This document shows, piece after piece, positions 35,506 to 45,238 of a stretch of 64,000 nucleotides of DNA (the stretch's first letter is position 1; each line of letters begins with the position of its first letter). The translations under genes and the position numbers were made by a program. The notes beneath the pieces are model-generated. The model had not been told where the DNA came from and did not search any database. It saw only the letters and a list, made by a program, of their open reading frames with translations. The DNA is from an uncultured Actinomycetota bacterium. Lineage in GTDB: Bacteria > Actinomycetota > UBA4738 > HRBIN12. The stretch is from assembly GCA_963762015.1 (NCBI GenBank), contig CAVXJL010000007.1:408-64407 (forward strand), in the 5' to 3' direction.

Positions 35506-36663
35506 ATGGAGAGGCGCTGGAAACTCGTATCCATCGGCAGCATCCCGATCTACATCACCTTCCCCTGGCTCTTCTTCGCCGCCTTCATCGTCTGGGACAT
35601 CTACAACAGCCTGGTGGGGACGGGCGTGCTCACACGACAGCAGGCGTTCGGCTGGGCCCTCGCGAATGCCGCATTGTTCTACGGCAGCATCATCCTGCAT
35701 GAGCTCGCGCACGCGGTGACCGCGCGAGCCTTCCACTTGCCCGTGCATGGGATCACCCTCGTGTTCTGGGGTGGCTACACCGAGACCCACTCGAGCGAGC
35801 GAGGCCCGCTCGCCTCCTTCCTGATCTCGGCCGCCGGGCCCCTCACCACGCTGGCCCTCGGTGGTGCGTTCTGGCTCGGCGCCGCGACGACCGATGGAGT
35901 CCTTTCGGCGATCCTCCGCAGCCTCGCGTTCCTCAGCGTCCTCTTCGCGGGGCTGAACGCGCTCCCCGGCTTCCCACTCGACGGCGGCCGGATGCTGCTG
36001 GCGGTGATCTGGGGGATCACGAAAGACCGCTTCCTCGCCCTGAAGGTCGCCGGGTGGGGAGGAGTCGTCGTCGGCGGTGCACTCGCGCTCGTCGGTCTGC
36101 AGCTCCTCCGCAGCGGGAACGGCACCTGGATCTTCTTCGGGTTCGTCGGGTGGATGATGATCAGCCAGGGGTTACAGGTGGGCAAGCAGGCTCCCATCCT
36201 CAGGAACCTGTCCGAGGGACGGGTCTCGGAGGCGATGAGCCCTGCGCCGCCACCGATCCTCGCCGACACCACCTTGCTGCATGCCCTCGAGAGCCATCTC
36301 CGCGAGGACCGCTCGACGGAGTTCCCCGTCGTGGACGAACAGGGGCGCGTGATCGGGTCCCTGTCCTTCGGGACGGCGGCCAAGATCGGAGGACGCGATC
36401 CGACCCGGGGGGTACGGGAGGCCATGACCCCACGGGAGCAGATGCGATGGGTACAGCCGGATCTCACGCTCGATCGGGCACTCGAATGGATCGCCGGCAG
36501 CGGGCAGGCGCTCGTCCTCGACGGCGATCGGCTGCTCGGGCGGCTCACGACGAGGGACGTCGACCGGTGGTACCAACGGCGGATCGGCGGAGCCTCGGCG
36601 TCGGACGAGTCCGGCGCGGTGCCGCCCCGGCCCGATCTCGGGGGTGTCGGCGACTGGCGGTAG
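35506..36663 (+). CDS. Site-2 (M50) family metalloprotease with C-terminal CBS pair
   Basis: HELAH zinc motif, NALPGFPLDGG, then CBS-like repeats (EAMSPAPPPILADTTL..., REAMTPREQMRWVQPDLTL...). Confidence 0.85.
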   Translation: MERRWKLVSIGSIPIYITFPWLFFAAFIVWDIYNSLVGTGVLTRQQAFGWALANAALFYGSIILHELAHAVTARAFHLPVHGITLVFWGGYTETHSSERGPLASFLISAAGPLTTLALGGAFWLGAATTDGVLSAILRSLAFLSVLFAGLNALPGFPLDGGRMLLAVIWGITKDRFLALKVAGWGGVVVGGALALVGLQLLRSGNGTWIFFGFVGWMMISQGLQVGKQAPILRNLSEGRVSEAMSPAPPPILADTTLLHALESHLREDRSTEFPVVDEQGRVIGSLSFGTAAKIGGRDPTRGVREAMTPREQMRWVQPDLTLDRALEWIAGSGQALVLDGDRLLGRLTTRDVDRWYQRRIGGASASDESGAVPPRPDLGGVGDWR

Positions 36664-36673
36664 CATCCGCCCT

Positions 36674-39589
36674 GTGAGCCCCCCTTACTCCCCCGATGCT
36701 CAGCAAGAGGCCGTCCTGGCACATGGGACAGGTGCGCTCTTGGTGACCGGCGGTGCGGGCACCGGAAAGTCCTCGGTGCTCCGCGAGCGGTTCGCTCGGC
36801 TCGTGGAGGGTGGTGCGGACGCGGAGCGGGTGGCCCTGGTGGTGGGATCGCGGCGCGCGCGCCAGGTCGCGCGCGACGCGCTCATCGCGCGCCTCCCGTC
36901 GTCGCTCTCCAGCCTCCAGGTCCTAACGTTCCACGGTCTCGGCCATCTGATCCTCCGCGAGCGGTTCTCCGCGCTCGGCTACGCCGAGCCTCCCGAGGTG
37001 CTCTCGGCCGCGGATCAGTTCGCGCTCGTTCAGGATCTGCTCCAGGGGCAGAACCCGGCCGAGTGGCCCGCATACGGCCACCTCCTCACCCTGCGAGGGT
37101 TCGCCGATCAGATCCGTCAGTTCCTGTTGCGAGCGCAGGAAGCTCGCCTCACGCCGGAGGAGATCGAGACGAGGGCCGATGCGCGCGGCCTCACGGGCTG
37201 GCGCGAGCTCGCGCGCTTCTATCACGACTATCTGGACGTGCTCGACGCCGATCGCGTCGTGGACTTCGCTGCGTTGATCGGGCGCGCGGAGGCAGCGGTG
37301 TCGGCGGCGGACACTCCGCTGCTCGATCACCTGCTCGTCGACGACTACCACGATGCGACGTTCGCGCAAGAGGCGCTCGTGACCTCGCTTCGAGTGAACG
37401 ACCTGGTGGTGGCGGCCGATCCCGAAGCGCATGTCTTCTCGTTCCAGGGCACGACGGCCGTGCCCTCCCTTCGATTCACGGAAGTGTTCCAAGGGGCCAC
37501 GCACGTCGAGTTGGATACCCCGCATCGCGCTCCACGGCCGGTGCGCATCGATGCGTGGAGCGCGGCCCACACCTCGGAGGAGTACGCAGCCATCGCGCGC
37601 GAGCTCCGACGACTCCACGTGGACGAAGGCGTCTCATGGGGCGATCTGGCGGTGGTCGTCCGGCGACAGGGTGCGCACGTGGGAGGTCTGCTCCGTGCCC
37701 TGGACGACGCTCGGGTGCCCCGGATGGCTCCGGAGAGCGGCGTTTCCCTGGCTCAGGAGCCCGCCACGCGTCCGTTCGTGCTGGCGCTGCGTTGGCTCGT
37801 GGGGTCCGAGGACGAACGGAGCGGGTTGATCGAATCCGTCTTGACCTCGGATCTCGTTCGTCTCTCGCCGGCGGCGGCGCGCGGCCTCCTGCGCGTCGCG
37901 CACACCAGGACGGGTTCGGTGGCGAGGGCGCTCGAGTTCACGGACGGTCTCACCGCGCAGGAGGCCGCGCAGGTGGAGGAGGTTCGAGGAGTGCTCGATC
38001 GGGCCGCGGAAGACGTGGACCGCTCGGTGCTCGACACGTTCGCCACCCTATGGCGCGAGCTCCCGTGCTCACGCCGCCTCGTCGAAGGAGGCGATACCTC
38101 CGTCGACACGCGGCGCGAGCTCGACTCCGTCGTCGCCTTCTCGAGCGCGGTCGCGGAAGCAGGCTCGGCCGCCGATCCGTCGGTCGAGGCGTTCCTCTCG
38201 TCGGTGGATGCAGGCGAGCGAGGTCCCGGCTTCTCGGCGTGGGAACGCCGCGACGCCGACGCCGTGCAGGTCCTGACCGCCCACGGTGCCGCGGGCCGCG
38301 AGTTCCATACCGTGATCGTCGTCGGCACCGTGGAAGGCAACTTCCCGAGCCTGTCGCGGCCCGAGCCCATGTTCGATCTCGCCGCACTCGACCGGCTCGT
38401 CTCCCAGTCGGACCGCAATCGCGCCCGCTTGGAGGACGAACGCCGCCTGTTCCGGATGGTTCTCGGTCGTGCGCGCGAGCGCATCGTCTTGATGGCCAGC
38501 CGCGCCCACGCCGACGAGGCGTCGACGGGCTCGCGGTTCGTCGAGGAGCTGGGGATCAAGTGGTCACCGGTGCCGGATCCGGGGCTCGCGGAACCGATCT
38601 CGGTCCGCGAGGCCGCGGCCCTGTGGCGCAGGACGCTCGCGGACCGCGCCGTCTCCGGCGTCGAGCGTCTGGCTGCGCTCGAAGGGCTCGTCACGCTCGG
38701 CGTGGATCCGCGGCGCTGGTGGTTCCAGCGCGACTGGACGGACACCGGCCGCCCGCTCCACGAGCATCTCCGCGCGTCCTACTCCAAGCTCGACGTGCTG
38801 GACAACTGCGAGCTGCAGTTCGTCCTCGGCTCGGAGCTCGGGCTCGGACGCCCCGTCGGCTATCAGGCTTGGGTCGGGTCGCTCGTCCACCGGATCATCG
38901 AGGACTGCGAGAAGGGCGAGGTCACGCGCACGCTCGAAGCGCTCAACGCGGAAGTCGACCGGCGGTGGCGCCCCCAGGAGTTCCCGGCGAAGGCCGTCTC
39001 GGAGGCATGGCGCGCGCTCGCGAAGGGGCGGATGCTCCCCAACTGGTTCGAGCGCTACGGGGCCTATCCGGCATCGGCGACCGAGCGTGGCTTCGAGTTC
39101 GACTACGAAGGGGCATCGATCGTCGGCTACATCGACCGTATCGGGCCTGACCCGGCGGGGTTCCCCGGCGTCCGCATCACGGACTACAAGACGGGCAGCG
39201 CGGATCGCGCCCCCAAGGCGAACGAGAGTCTCCAGCTCGGCATCTACTACCTGGCCGTCCTCGAGTCCGAGGAGATGAAGGAGTTCCAACCGGTGTCCGG
39301 CGTCGAGCTGTCTTACTTGAAGGGCCACTGGCGGACCGGCGAGCTCGAGACCCGGGAGTGGACCGTGGGTACGCCCGACCGCGAGGAGGCGTACCAGAAC
39401 GTCATGCGCGAAAAGCTCTCGGGCCTCGTCGGCGAGCTGGCAAGGCTGAACGAGAGCGAGTCGTATCGACCCAACTACCAGGCCAACTGCTTCTTCTGCG
39501 AGTTCCAGTCGCTCTGCCCGCTCTTCCCCGAGGGACGGCCCCTGTTCGACGTGGGCGATCCCGCGATCGCGGTGAAGACCCCACGATGA
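36674..39589 (+). CDS. adnA: UvrD-like helicase / RecB-family nuclease subunit, AdnA-like
   Basis: Walker A GGAGTGKSS, UvrD-type helicase motifs, and a C-terminal PD-(D/E)XK domain (YIDRIG...ITDYKTG) with Cys motif C...CFFCEFQSLC. Alternative GTG start at 36644. Confidence 0.8.
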   Translation: MSPPYSPDAQQEAVLAHGTGALLVTGGAGTGKSSVLRERFARLVEGGADAERVALVVGSRRARQVARDALIARLPSSLSSLQVLTFHGLGHLILRERFSALGYAEPPEVLSAADQFALVQDLLQGQNPAEWPAYGHLLTLRGFADQIRQFLLRAQEARLTPEEIETRADARGLTGWRELARFYHDYLDVLDADRVVDFAALIGRAEAAVSAADTPLLDHLLVDDYHDATFAQEALVTSLRVNDLVVAADPEAHVFSFQGTTAVPSLRFTEVFQGATHVELDTPHRAPRPVRIDAWSAAHTSEEYAAIARELRRLHVDEGVSWGDLAVVVRRQGAHVGGLLRALDDARVPRMAPESGVSLAQEPATRPFVLALRWLVGSEDERSGLIESVLTSDLVRLSPAAARGLLRVAHTRTGSVARALEFTDGLTAQEAAQVEEVRGVLDRAAEDVDRSVLDTFATLWRELPCSRRLVEGGDTSVDTRRELDSVVAFSSAVAEAGSAADPSVEAFLSSVDAGERGPGFSAWERRDADAVQVLTAHGAAGREFHTVIVVGTVEGNFPSLSRPEPMFDLAALDRLVSQSDRNRARLEDERRLFRMVLGRARERIVLMASRAHADEASTGSRFVEELGIKWSPVPDPGLAEPISVREAAALWRRTLADRAVSGVERLAALEGLVTLGVDPRRWWFQRDWTDTGRPLHEHLRASYSKLDVLDNCELQFVLGSELGLGRPVGYQAWVGSLVHRIIEDCEKGEVTRTLEALNAEVDRRWRPQEFPAKAVSEAWRALAKGRMLPNWFERYGAYPASATERGFEFDYEGASIVGYIDRIGPDPAGFPGVRITDYKTGSADRAPKANESLQLGIYYLAVLESEEMKEFQPVSGVELSYLKGHWRTGELETREWTVGTPDREEAYQNVMREKLSGLVGELARLNESESYRPNYQANCFFCEFQSLCPLFPEGRPLFDVGDPAIAVKTPR

Positions 39590-42500
39590 GCGCGACCACG
39601 ACCTATCCGCAGGAGATCCTCGACGTGCTCGGCGGGCGACCTCCGACCGAGGAACAGTGGCGCGCGATCACGTGGCCCCTCGAGCCCTACGTGTTGGTGG
39701 CCGGCGCCGGTTCGGGGAAGACCTCGGTGATGGCCGCGCGCGTCGTTTATCTGGCGCTCGTCGCTCTCGGCCGTCTTCCCTCGGAACATCCGGGCGTCCT
39801 CCCGGGCAACGTCCTGTGCCTCACCTTCACCAACAAGGCAACGGAGAACCTGCAACGACGGGTTCGACGCGCGCTCGCCGGTCTCGACCTCCCGGACGGG
39901 GAAGAGCCGGAGATCACCAACTACCACGGGTTCGCGGCCCAGCTGCTCGAACGCCACGGTGTGCTGATCGGGATCGAGCCGAACCAGCGGGTCCTGACGC
40001 CCGCCCAGCGCGTCGAGCTCTGCGCGCGGGTTCTGGATCGGATGACGTTCGAGGTCGTGGAGGCCCAGCGATTGCCCGGCGTCGTCGACAGGATCCTGAC
40101 CCTCGACGACCAGGCTGCCAATCACTTCCGCTCACCGCAGGAGATCGTCGAATTCAACGAGCAACGGCTCGAAGAGCTGAAGGATCATCGATCGGATCGC
40201 GCGTTCGGATCGGCGAGGGAGCGTATCGAGCTCGCCAAGGCATGCGCGGTCTTCCGGGAGCTCAAGCGGGAGCTGGGCGTCATCGACTTCGGCGATCAGA
40301 TCGAACTGGCACTCAACATCGTCGAGCAGCACCCGGAGGTCGCCCGTCAGTATCGCGAGCGCTTCGCAGCGGTCCTGCTCGACGAATACCAGGACACCAA
40401 CGTGGCGCAGGCGCGGCTCATGGCGGGTGTCTTCGGGGACGGTCATCCGGTGACGGCGGTCGGCGACCCCGACCAGAACATCTACGCGTGGCGCGGGGCG
40501 TCGTTGTTCAACCTGCTCGAGTTCCCGAACCAATTCCGGAAGGCCGACGGTGACCATGCGACGAAGCTCCCCCTGTACACCAACTTCCGCTCGGGCGCCC
40601 GGATCCTGGAGGCGGCCGACGTCCTGATCGGACAGCTCCCGGCGCAGCAGCGTCCCGACCCTGACAAGCGGCTCGTCCCCTGGGAAGAGAACGGCCCCGG
40701 CGAGGTCCATGTGGCCCGCATCTCCGACGAGGTGAAAGAAGCGGCATGGGTCGCGGATCGCATCGTCGCGTTGCACGAGCACGGCGCGGCGTGGTCGGAC
40801 TGTGCCGTGTTGTGCCGCACCTCTCGACTCTTCCTTTCCTTGCAACAAGCTTTCAACGAGCGAGGGGTGCCCGCGGAGATCCTCGGGCTCGCAGGGTTGC
40901 TCAAGATGCCCGAGGTCGTCGAGGTGCTCGCCTACGCTCGCGCGACGCTTGATCCGCTGGCGAGCGTCGCGCTCGGCCGGATCCTCCTGGGACCGCGGTA
41001 CCGGGTCGGATTCAAGGACCTGGCGCTCGTCGCCTCGCTGGCCAAGAACAAGAGCTACGCCCTGCGCGAGGAGGACGAGGCCGAAGGCGAAGCCACCCCG
41101 TTCCTCTTCACGGAGGCGCTCGAGCACCTGGACGAGGTCGAGGGGATCTCGGAGGAGGGCCGGGCGCGCCTGGAGGAGTGCCGCCAGGAGCTGGCGGCAC
41201 TCCGGGTCGAGGCGCGCCGCCCGGTCGGTGAGTTCCTCGGTGAGATCATCCGGCGGACGGGGATCCTCACCGAGCTCGACGCCCAGTTGGACGTGGCGTC
41301 CGCGGCGACCGCCCGACGCAACCTCGCGGCGTTCCTCGACGAGGTGCACGCCTTCTCCCCCGTCCAGGGCGAGCTCACGCTCCGCGCGTTCCTCGAGTAC
41401 GTCGACGCCGTCGAGAACCTCGACAAGCAGGAGTGGTCGCCCGTACAGCCCTCCGAAGAAGACTCCGTCAAGGTCATGACGATCCATGTCGCGAAGGGCC
41501 TCGAGTTCGATCACGTCTTCGTCCCAGGCCTCGCGAACGGCCTCCTGCCCAACACGACGATCCAGCACAATCCGGCCGAGCGAGGCAAGTCCATGGACTT
41601 CGAGCTCCGTGGCGACGCCTCGTACCTCCCCCGCTACGACGGCAACCTGTCGGCGTTCAAGAAGGACCTGAAGAAGCAGGAGGAGTACGAGGAACGGCGG
41701 ACCGCATACGTGGCGATGACCCGCGCCCGCCGGACCCTGCACGTCACCGGCGCCCATTGGTACGCGGAGAACCTCCGCGCCAAGGAAGCCGGTCCGTTCC
41801 TCCGCGAGCTCAAGGACTGGGTCATGGAGACCAAGCACGCCACGTGGGACCCGGGTGCCGACATCGACGAGGAGAACAACCCGATCCTCGGATATCGCGA
41901 GCGATTCGTCCGGAACTGGCCGGGTCCCGCGCTCCCGGCCGGAACGGATGCCTTGTTCCCCGAAGGGTGGCGGCACGCCGCCGTCGTCGCGAGCGACGAC
42001 GGCGGCGTGCAGACGTCGCTCCTCGAGTCACTCGACGACGAGGAACGGGAGGCGTTGGTTCGGCTGACGAGCGACCGGCGTGGCCTCGCGCTCCATCTGA
42101 AGGAGCGCGAGGGGGCCGAACGGGCCGGGCAGGAGCTGGCCCCCCCGCGGTCCGTGTCGGTGGGGGGAGTGATCGATTACTCGCGGTGCCCGAAGCGCTT
42201 CTACTGGACATCGGTGCGGCCCCTCCCACGCTTCTCGGGACCGGCGGCACGGATCGGAACGGAGATCCACAGCTGGATCGAGCGCCGCTCCTCGGGCCAG
42301 GGCCAGCTCCTCGAGCTCGACGATGCCCCCGACCTCACCTCCGAAGAGCTCGCGGATCAGCCGAGCAAGGTCGATCGGCTGCGGCAGGCCTTCCTCGCCA
42401 GCCGGTTCGCGGGGAAGGTGCCGCTGTTCGCCGAGCGAGCCTTCCTCCTGCGGATGGAGGGGTTCGCGGTGTCGGGCCGGATCGACGCGGTGTTCGGGGG

Positions 42501-42843
42501 ATCGGTCGAGGCTCCGTGGGAGATCGTCGATTGGAAGACGGGTAAGCGCCCGGCGGCTGACGACCCTCTCGCGGGACTCCAGCTCGAGCTCTACGGGCTG
42601 GCGTGCATCGAGGTCTGGGGCAAGCGCGCCGAGGATCTCACGCTCACCTATCTGTACCTCGCCGGCGGCGAGGAGGTCTCCCACGCCATGGGCGATCCCG
42701 ACGGGGTGCGGGCTCGCGTCTCGGAGTCACTTCGATCGATCGGCGCGGGAGCGTTCGATCCGATCCCAGGCGCATGGTGCCACCACTGCGACTTCCTGTC
42801 CTTCTGCGAGGCCGGCCGCGCCTGGACGGCTCACGAGGCGTGA
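39586..42843 (+). CDS. adnB: UvrD-like helicase / RecB-family nuclease subunit, AdnB-like
   Basis: The ATG at 39586 overlaps the adnA stop (ATGA). Walker A GAGSGKTS, DEYQDTN, and a C-terminal nuclease (RIDAVF...EIVDWKTGK) with C...CHHCDFLSFC. Confidence 0.8.
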   Translation: MSATTTYPQEILDVLGGRPPTEEQWRAITWPLEPYVLVAGAGSGKTSVMAARVVYLALVALGRLPSEHPGVLPGNVLCLTFTNKATENLQRRVRRALAGLDLPDGEEPEITNYHGFAAQLLERHGVLIGIEPNQRVLTPAQRVELCARVLDRMTFEVVEAQRLPGVVDRILTLDDQAANHFRSPQEIVEFNEQRLEELKDHRSDRAFGSARERIELAKACAVFRELKRELGVIDFGDQIELALNIVEQHPEVARQYRERFAAVLLDEYQDTNVAQARLMAGVFGDGHPVTAVGDPDQNIYAWRGASLFNLLEFPNQFRKADGDHATKLPLYTNFRSGARILEAADVLIGQLPAQQRPDPDKRLVPWEENGPGEVHVARISDEVKEAAWVADRIVALHEHGAAWSDCAVLCRTSRLFLSLQQAFNERGVPAEILGLAGLLKMPEVVEVLAYARATLDPLASVALGRILLGPRYRVGFKDLALVASLAKNKSYALREEDEAEGEATPFLFTEALEHLDEVEGISEEGRARLEECRQELAALRVEARRPVGEFLGEIIRRTGILTELDAQLDVASAATARRNLAAFLDEVHAFSPVQGELTLRAFLEYVDAVENLDKQEWSPVQPSEEDSVKVMTIHVAKGLEFDHVFVPGLANGLLPNTTIQHNPAERGKSMDFELRGDASYLPRYDGNLSAFKKDLKKQEEYEERRTAYVAMTRARRTLHVTGAHWYAENLRAKEAGPFLRELKDWVMETKHATWDPGADIDEENNPILGYRERFVRNWPGPALPAGTDALFPEGWRHAAVVASDDGGVQTSLLESLDDEEREALVRLTSDRRGLALHLKEREGAERAGQELAPPRSVSVGGVIDYSRCPKRFYWTSVRPLPRFSGPAARIGTEIHSWIERRSSGQGQLLELDDAPDLTSEELADQPSKVDRLRQAFLASRFAGKVPLFAERAFLLRMEGFAVSGRIDAVFGGSVEAPWEIVDWKTGKRPAADDPLAGLQLELYGLACIEVWGKRAEDLTLTYLYLAGGEEVSHAMGDPDGVRARVSESLRSIGAGAFDPIPGAWCHHCDFLSFCEAGRAWTAHEA

Positions 42844-42847
42844 GCCC

Positions 42848-43282
42848 CTACTCGGGGGAACGAGACTCGAGGCGTTCGATCTGCTCGGAGAACCGTCGGT
42901 AATTCGCGGCCGGGTCGTAGCCCCCGAAGGCCACCCCGGGAACGGATCGTGCGACCAGGCCGGTCTCGGCACGCACGCGGACCTGCGCGACGGCTCGGAA
43001 CCACTGGAGGTCGCCGGGTTGCAGGACCGACTCGCCGCTCGTGCCCGGGTAGCGGAGGGAGGGATCGTCGACGACGACCGGCACCGGGCGGAACGCGCGC
43101 TCGATCGAGGCCTTGAGAGCGGGATCATCGGCCTCGACGACCACCCGGCCCTCGAGCCAGGTCGCCGAGGCCACGGAAGGGGGCAGCGGTGGTGGCGGAG
43201 GAGGCGGGCCCGGTTGCGGCGGAGCCGACGACGGCTCCACGGGTGCGGGAGGGTGGTGGAACTCGACGCGGAGCGGGCTCAC
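42848..43282 (-). CDS. Hypothetical protein with N-terminal polyproline tract
   Basis: 144 aa. Contains PPQPGPPPPPPPLPP. The start overlaps the stop of the upstream cNMP-binding gene by 4 nt. Confidence 0.5.
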   Translation of the reverse strand: MSPLRVEFHHPPAPVEPSSAPPQPGPPPPPPPLPPSVASATWLEGRVVVEADDPALKASIERAFRPVPVVVDDPSLRYPGTSGESVLQPGDLQWFRAVAQVRVRAETGLVARSVPGVAFGGYDPAANYRRFSEQIERLESRSPE

Positions 43283-43749
43283 CGTGCGAGCGAACGGTCG
43301 ACCCGCCGGACCATCCTCGCGAGCGATGCGAGGAGCGCCCGCGCGAGATCGGCGTCTTCCTTCACCAACCGAAGGAACGAGGCTCGGGTGAGCCGAAGGA
43401 GCGACAACGGTGTCTCGGCCACCACCGAGGCGGAACGAGGGCGACCGTCGAGCAACGAGATCTCGCCGAAGTGATCCCCGGGGATCAGCCTATGGACCGT
43501 CTTCCCACCGGACACGACCTTGGCCTGCCCCGAGACGGCGACGAAGAACGAGTCCCCCGGCTCCCCCTCCTGGATGACCGTATCCCCGGCGGCGAACTCG
43601 ACGGTGGAGGTCAGTCCCGCGATCTTCTTGAGATGCCGCTTCGAGAGCGACTCGAACAGCGGCACCGCCGCGATGACGGCATCGAGCTTCGCCTTCGCCA
43701 ACCTGACCTCCTCGGGAACGCAGCGGACCAAGCCTAACGGGTTCGACAT
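43279..43749 (-). CDS. Stand-alone cyclic nucleotide-binding domain protein
   Basis: 156 aa. Contains GDHFGEISLLDGRPRSASVVA (the FGE...R-S/T-A phosphate-binding cassette). Confidence 0.8.
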   Translation of the reverse strand: MSNPLGLVRCVPEEVRLAKAKLDAVIAAVPLFESLSKRHLKKIAGLTSTVEFAAGDTVIQEGEPGDSFFVAVSGQAKVVSGGKTVHRLIPGDHFGEISLLDGRPRSASVVAETPLSLLRLTRASFLRLVKEDADLARALLASLARMVRRVDRSLAR

Positions 43750-43801
43750 CCACGCGTGTCGGCGACCGGGGTTAGGGTCGCCGACACGAAGGAGTGGTGC
43801 C

Positions 43802-44410
43802 GTGAAGCGCTATGCGGACGACCTACTCCCCCTCATGTTCGACGTCCTCCCGGGACGGGAGGTCATCCGTCAGGGCGAGCCCTACCCGGATGCGTGGGTG
43901 GTTCGGTACGGGGCGCTCCTGATGGAGCTGGTCGACCCCGAGGGTCATCGGCTCGCGCTCGACGTGCTGGGGCCAGGAGATCTCGTGGGCGGTCCGTCTT
44001 CGTGGACGTCGGACGCATCGGTCCGTGCACTCGTCACGAGCGGACTGTTCGCGGCCGGGCCGATCGCCCTCCGCGACGGCCTGGCGCGGCGAGCCCGCCG
44101 CGCGGCGTGGCTCGCCTGCTCCGTCGCCTGGGACCGCATCGCGGATCGCCTGGCCGCCAGGCTCGAGGACCTCGCCGTTCGCTTCGGACGTCCGGTCCCG
44201 GGAGGACGATGTCTCGAGCTGCCTCTCACGCAGGAGCACCTCGCCGGGCTCACAGGGGCGACCCGCGAGAGCGTGAACCGGGCGCTCGCCGAGCTCGCGG
44301 CCACCGGTCGCGTGGAGAGGATGCGCGGACGCTACGTGATCCGTCCGGCGGTCTTCACGATCGAGACGTCCCTCTCATCCCTCGGCCTGCAGCATCGCCA
44401 GGGAGCATGA
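43802..44410 (+). CDS. Crp/Fnr-family transcriptional regulator
   Basis: GTG at 43802. N-terminal beta-roll-like effector domain and C-terminal HTH LTQEHLAGLTGATRESVNRALAEL. Divergent from the cNMP-binding gene. Confidence 0.7.
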   Translation: MKRYADDLLPLMFDVLPGREVIRQGEPYPDAWVVRYGALLMELVDPEGHRLALDVLGPGDLVGGPSSWTSDASVRALVTSGLFAAGPIALRDGLARRARRAAWLACSVAWDRIADRLAARLEDLAVRFGRPVPGGRCLELPLTQEHLAGLTGATRESVNRALAELAATGRVERMRGRYVIRPAVFTIETSLSSLGLQHRQGA

Positions 44411-45238
44411 GCTGCAATAGCGCGCCTTGCCCTTGACGGTGCGACCGCAGCGCTGGCATGTCCGAGGTGTCGATGAGATCCACGGGCCGTCGTCCGTCTT
44501 CCCGGTGCGCTCGGCCCGCCCTTCGTCGGCGAGCTTCAGCAGATGTGCCAGCACGGAGCGCGCCGCAAGCGGACGCACGTCCTTCGGATGGTCGACGTAG
44601 ATCACCTCGACCATCTCCGCGATCGTGCGCGGTCCGTCGGCGAGCGCCGTCAGCACCTGCGACTCCCGTTCCTCGCGATGCGCGAGGTACTCTCGGATCT
44701 TCTCTTCCGCTCGAACCACGACCGGCCCGTGGCCCGGGTAGATGGTCCGCGGACCGAGCTCCTCCATACGCGTGAGCGATCGCAGGTACTGCACGAGGTT
44801 GCCGTCCGGCGGATCGATGAAGCTGGTGCCTCGGCCCACCACCGCGTCCCCGGTGAACAGGGCGCCGCTGCCCGGCTCGAAGAACGCCAGGTGATCCGAG
44901 GTGTGCCCCGGCGTGTGGATCGCCGTGAGGTCGAGCGTGCCGGCGCGCACGCGTTGGCCGGCACGGAGGTCCTGCGCGCCGGCCAGGCGGTACGCATACA
45001 CGGGCGCGCCCACCATCTCGGCGAACGGGAGGGCGCCGGGCGCGTGATCGGGATGGTCGTGGGTGACCAGGATGGCGCCGACACGACCGGCCTCGCGCGC
45101 CACGTCGGCCAGATGCGCCGGCACGTCGGGCCCAGGATCGATCACGATGGACGGCTCGCTTCCGACGACCCACGTGTTCGTCCCCTCCAGCGTGTAGACA
45201 CCGGGGTTCGGAGCCAGCACCCTCGTGACCGCCAGCAT
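44375..45238 (-). CDS. MBL-fold metallo-hydrolase with C-terminal Cys4 zinc-ribbon-like tail
   Basis: THDHPDH motif, a winged-helix-like segment, then CQRCGRTVKGKARYCSSCS. Confidence 0.8.
   Translation of the reverse strand: MLAVTRVLAPNPGVYTLEGTNTWVVGSEPSIVIDPGPDVPAHLADVAREAGRVGAILVTHDHPDHAPGALPFAEMVGAPVYAYRLAGAQDLRAGQRVRAGTLDLTAIHTPGHTSDHLAFFEPGSGALFTGDAVVGRGTSFIDPPDGNLVQYLRSLTRMEELGPRTIYPGHGPVVVRAEEKIREYLAHREERESQVLTALADGPRTIAEMVEVIYVDHPKDVRPLAARSVLAHLLKLADEGRAERTGKTDDGPWISSTPRTCQRCGRTVKGKARYCSSCSLAMLQAEG

Noticed and set aside
40132-41976. 614-aa ORF on the minus strand, and the 695-aa alternative-frame ORF at 37063-39150
   Set aside because: Both lie inside the adnA/adnB coding regions in other frames or on the other strand. 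They show no motifs and have Arg/Pro-rich composition.
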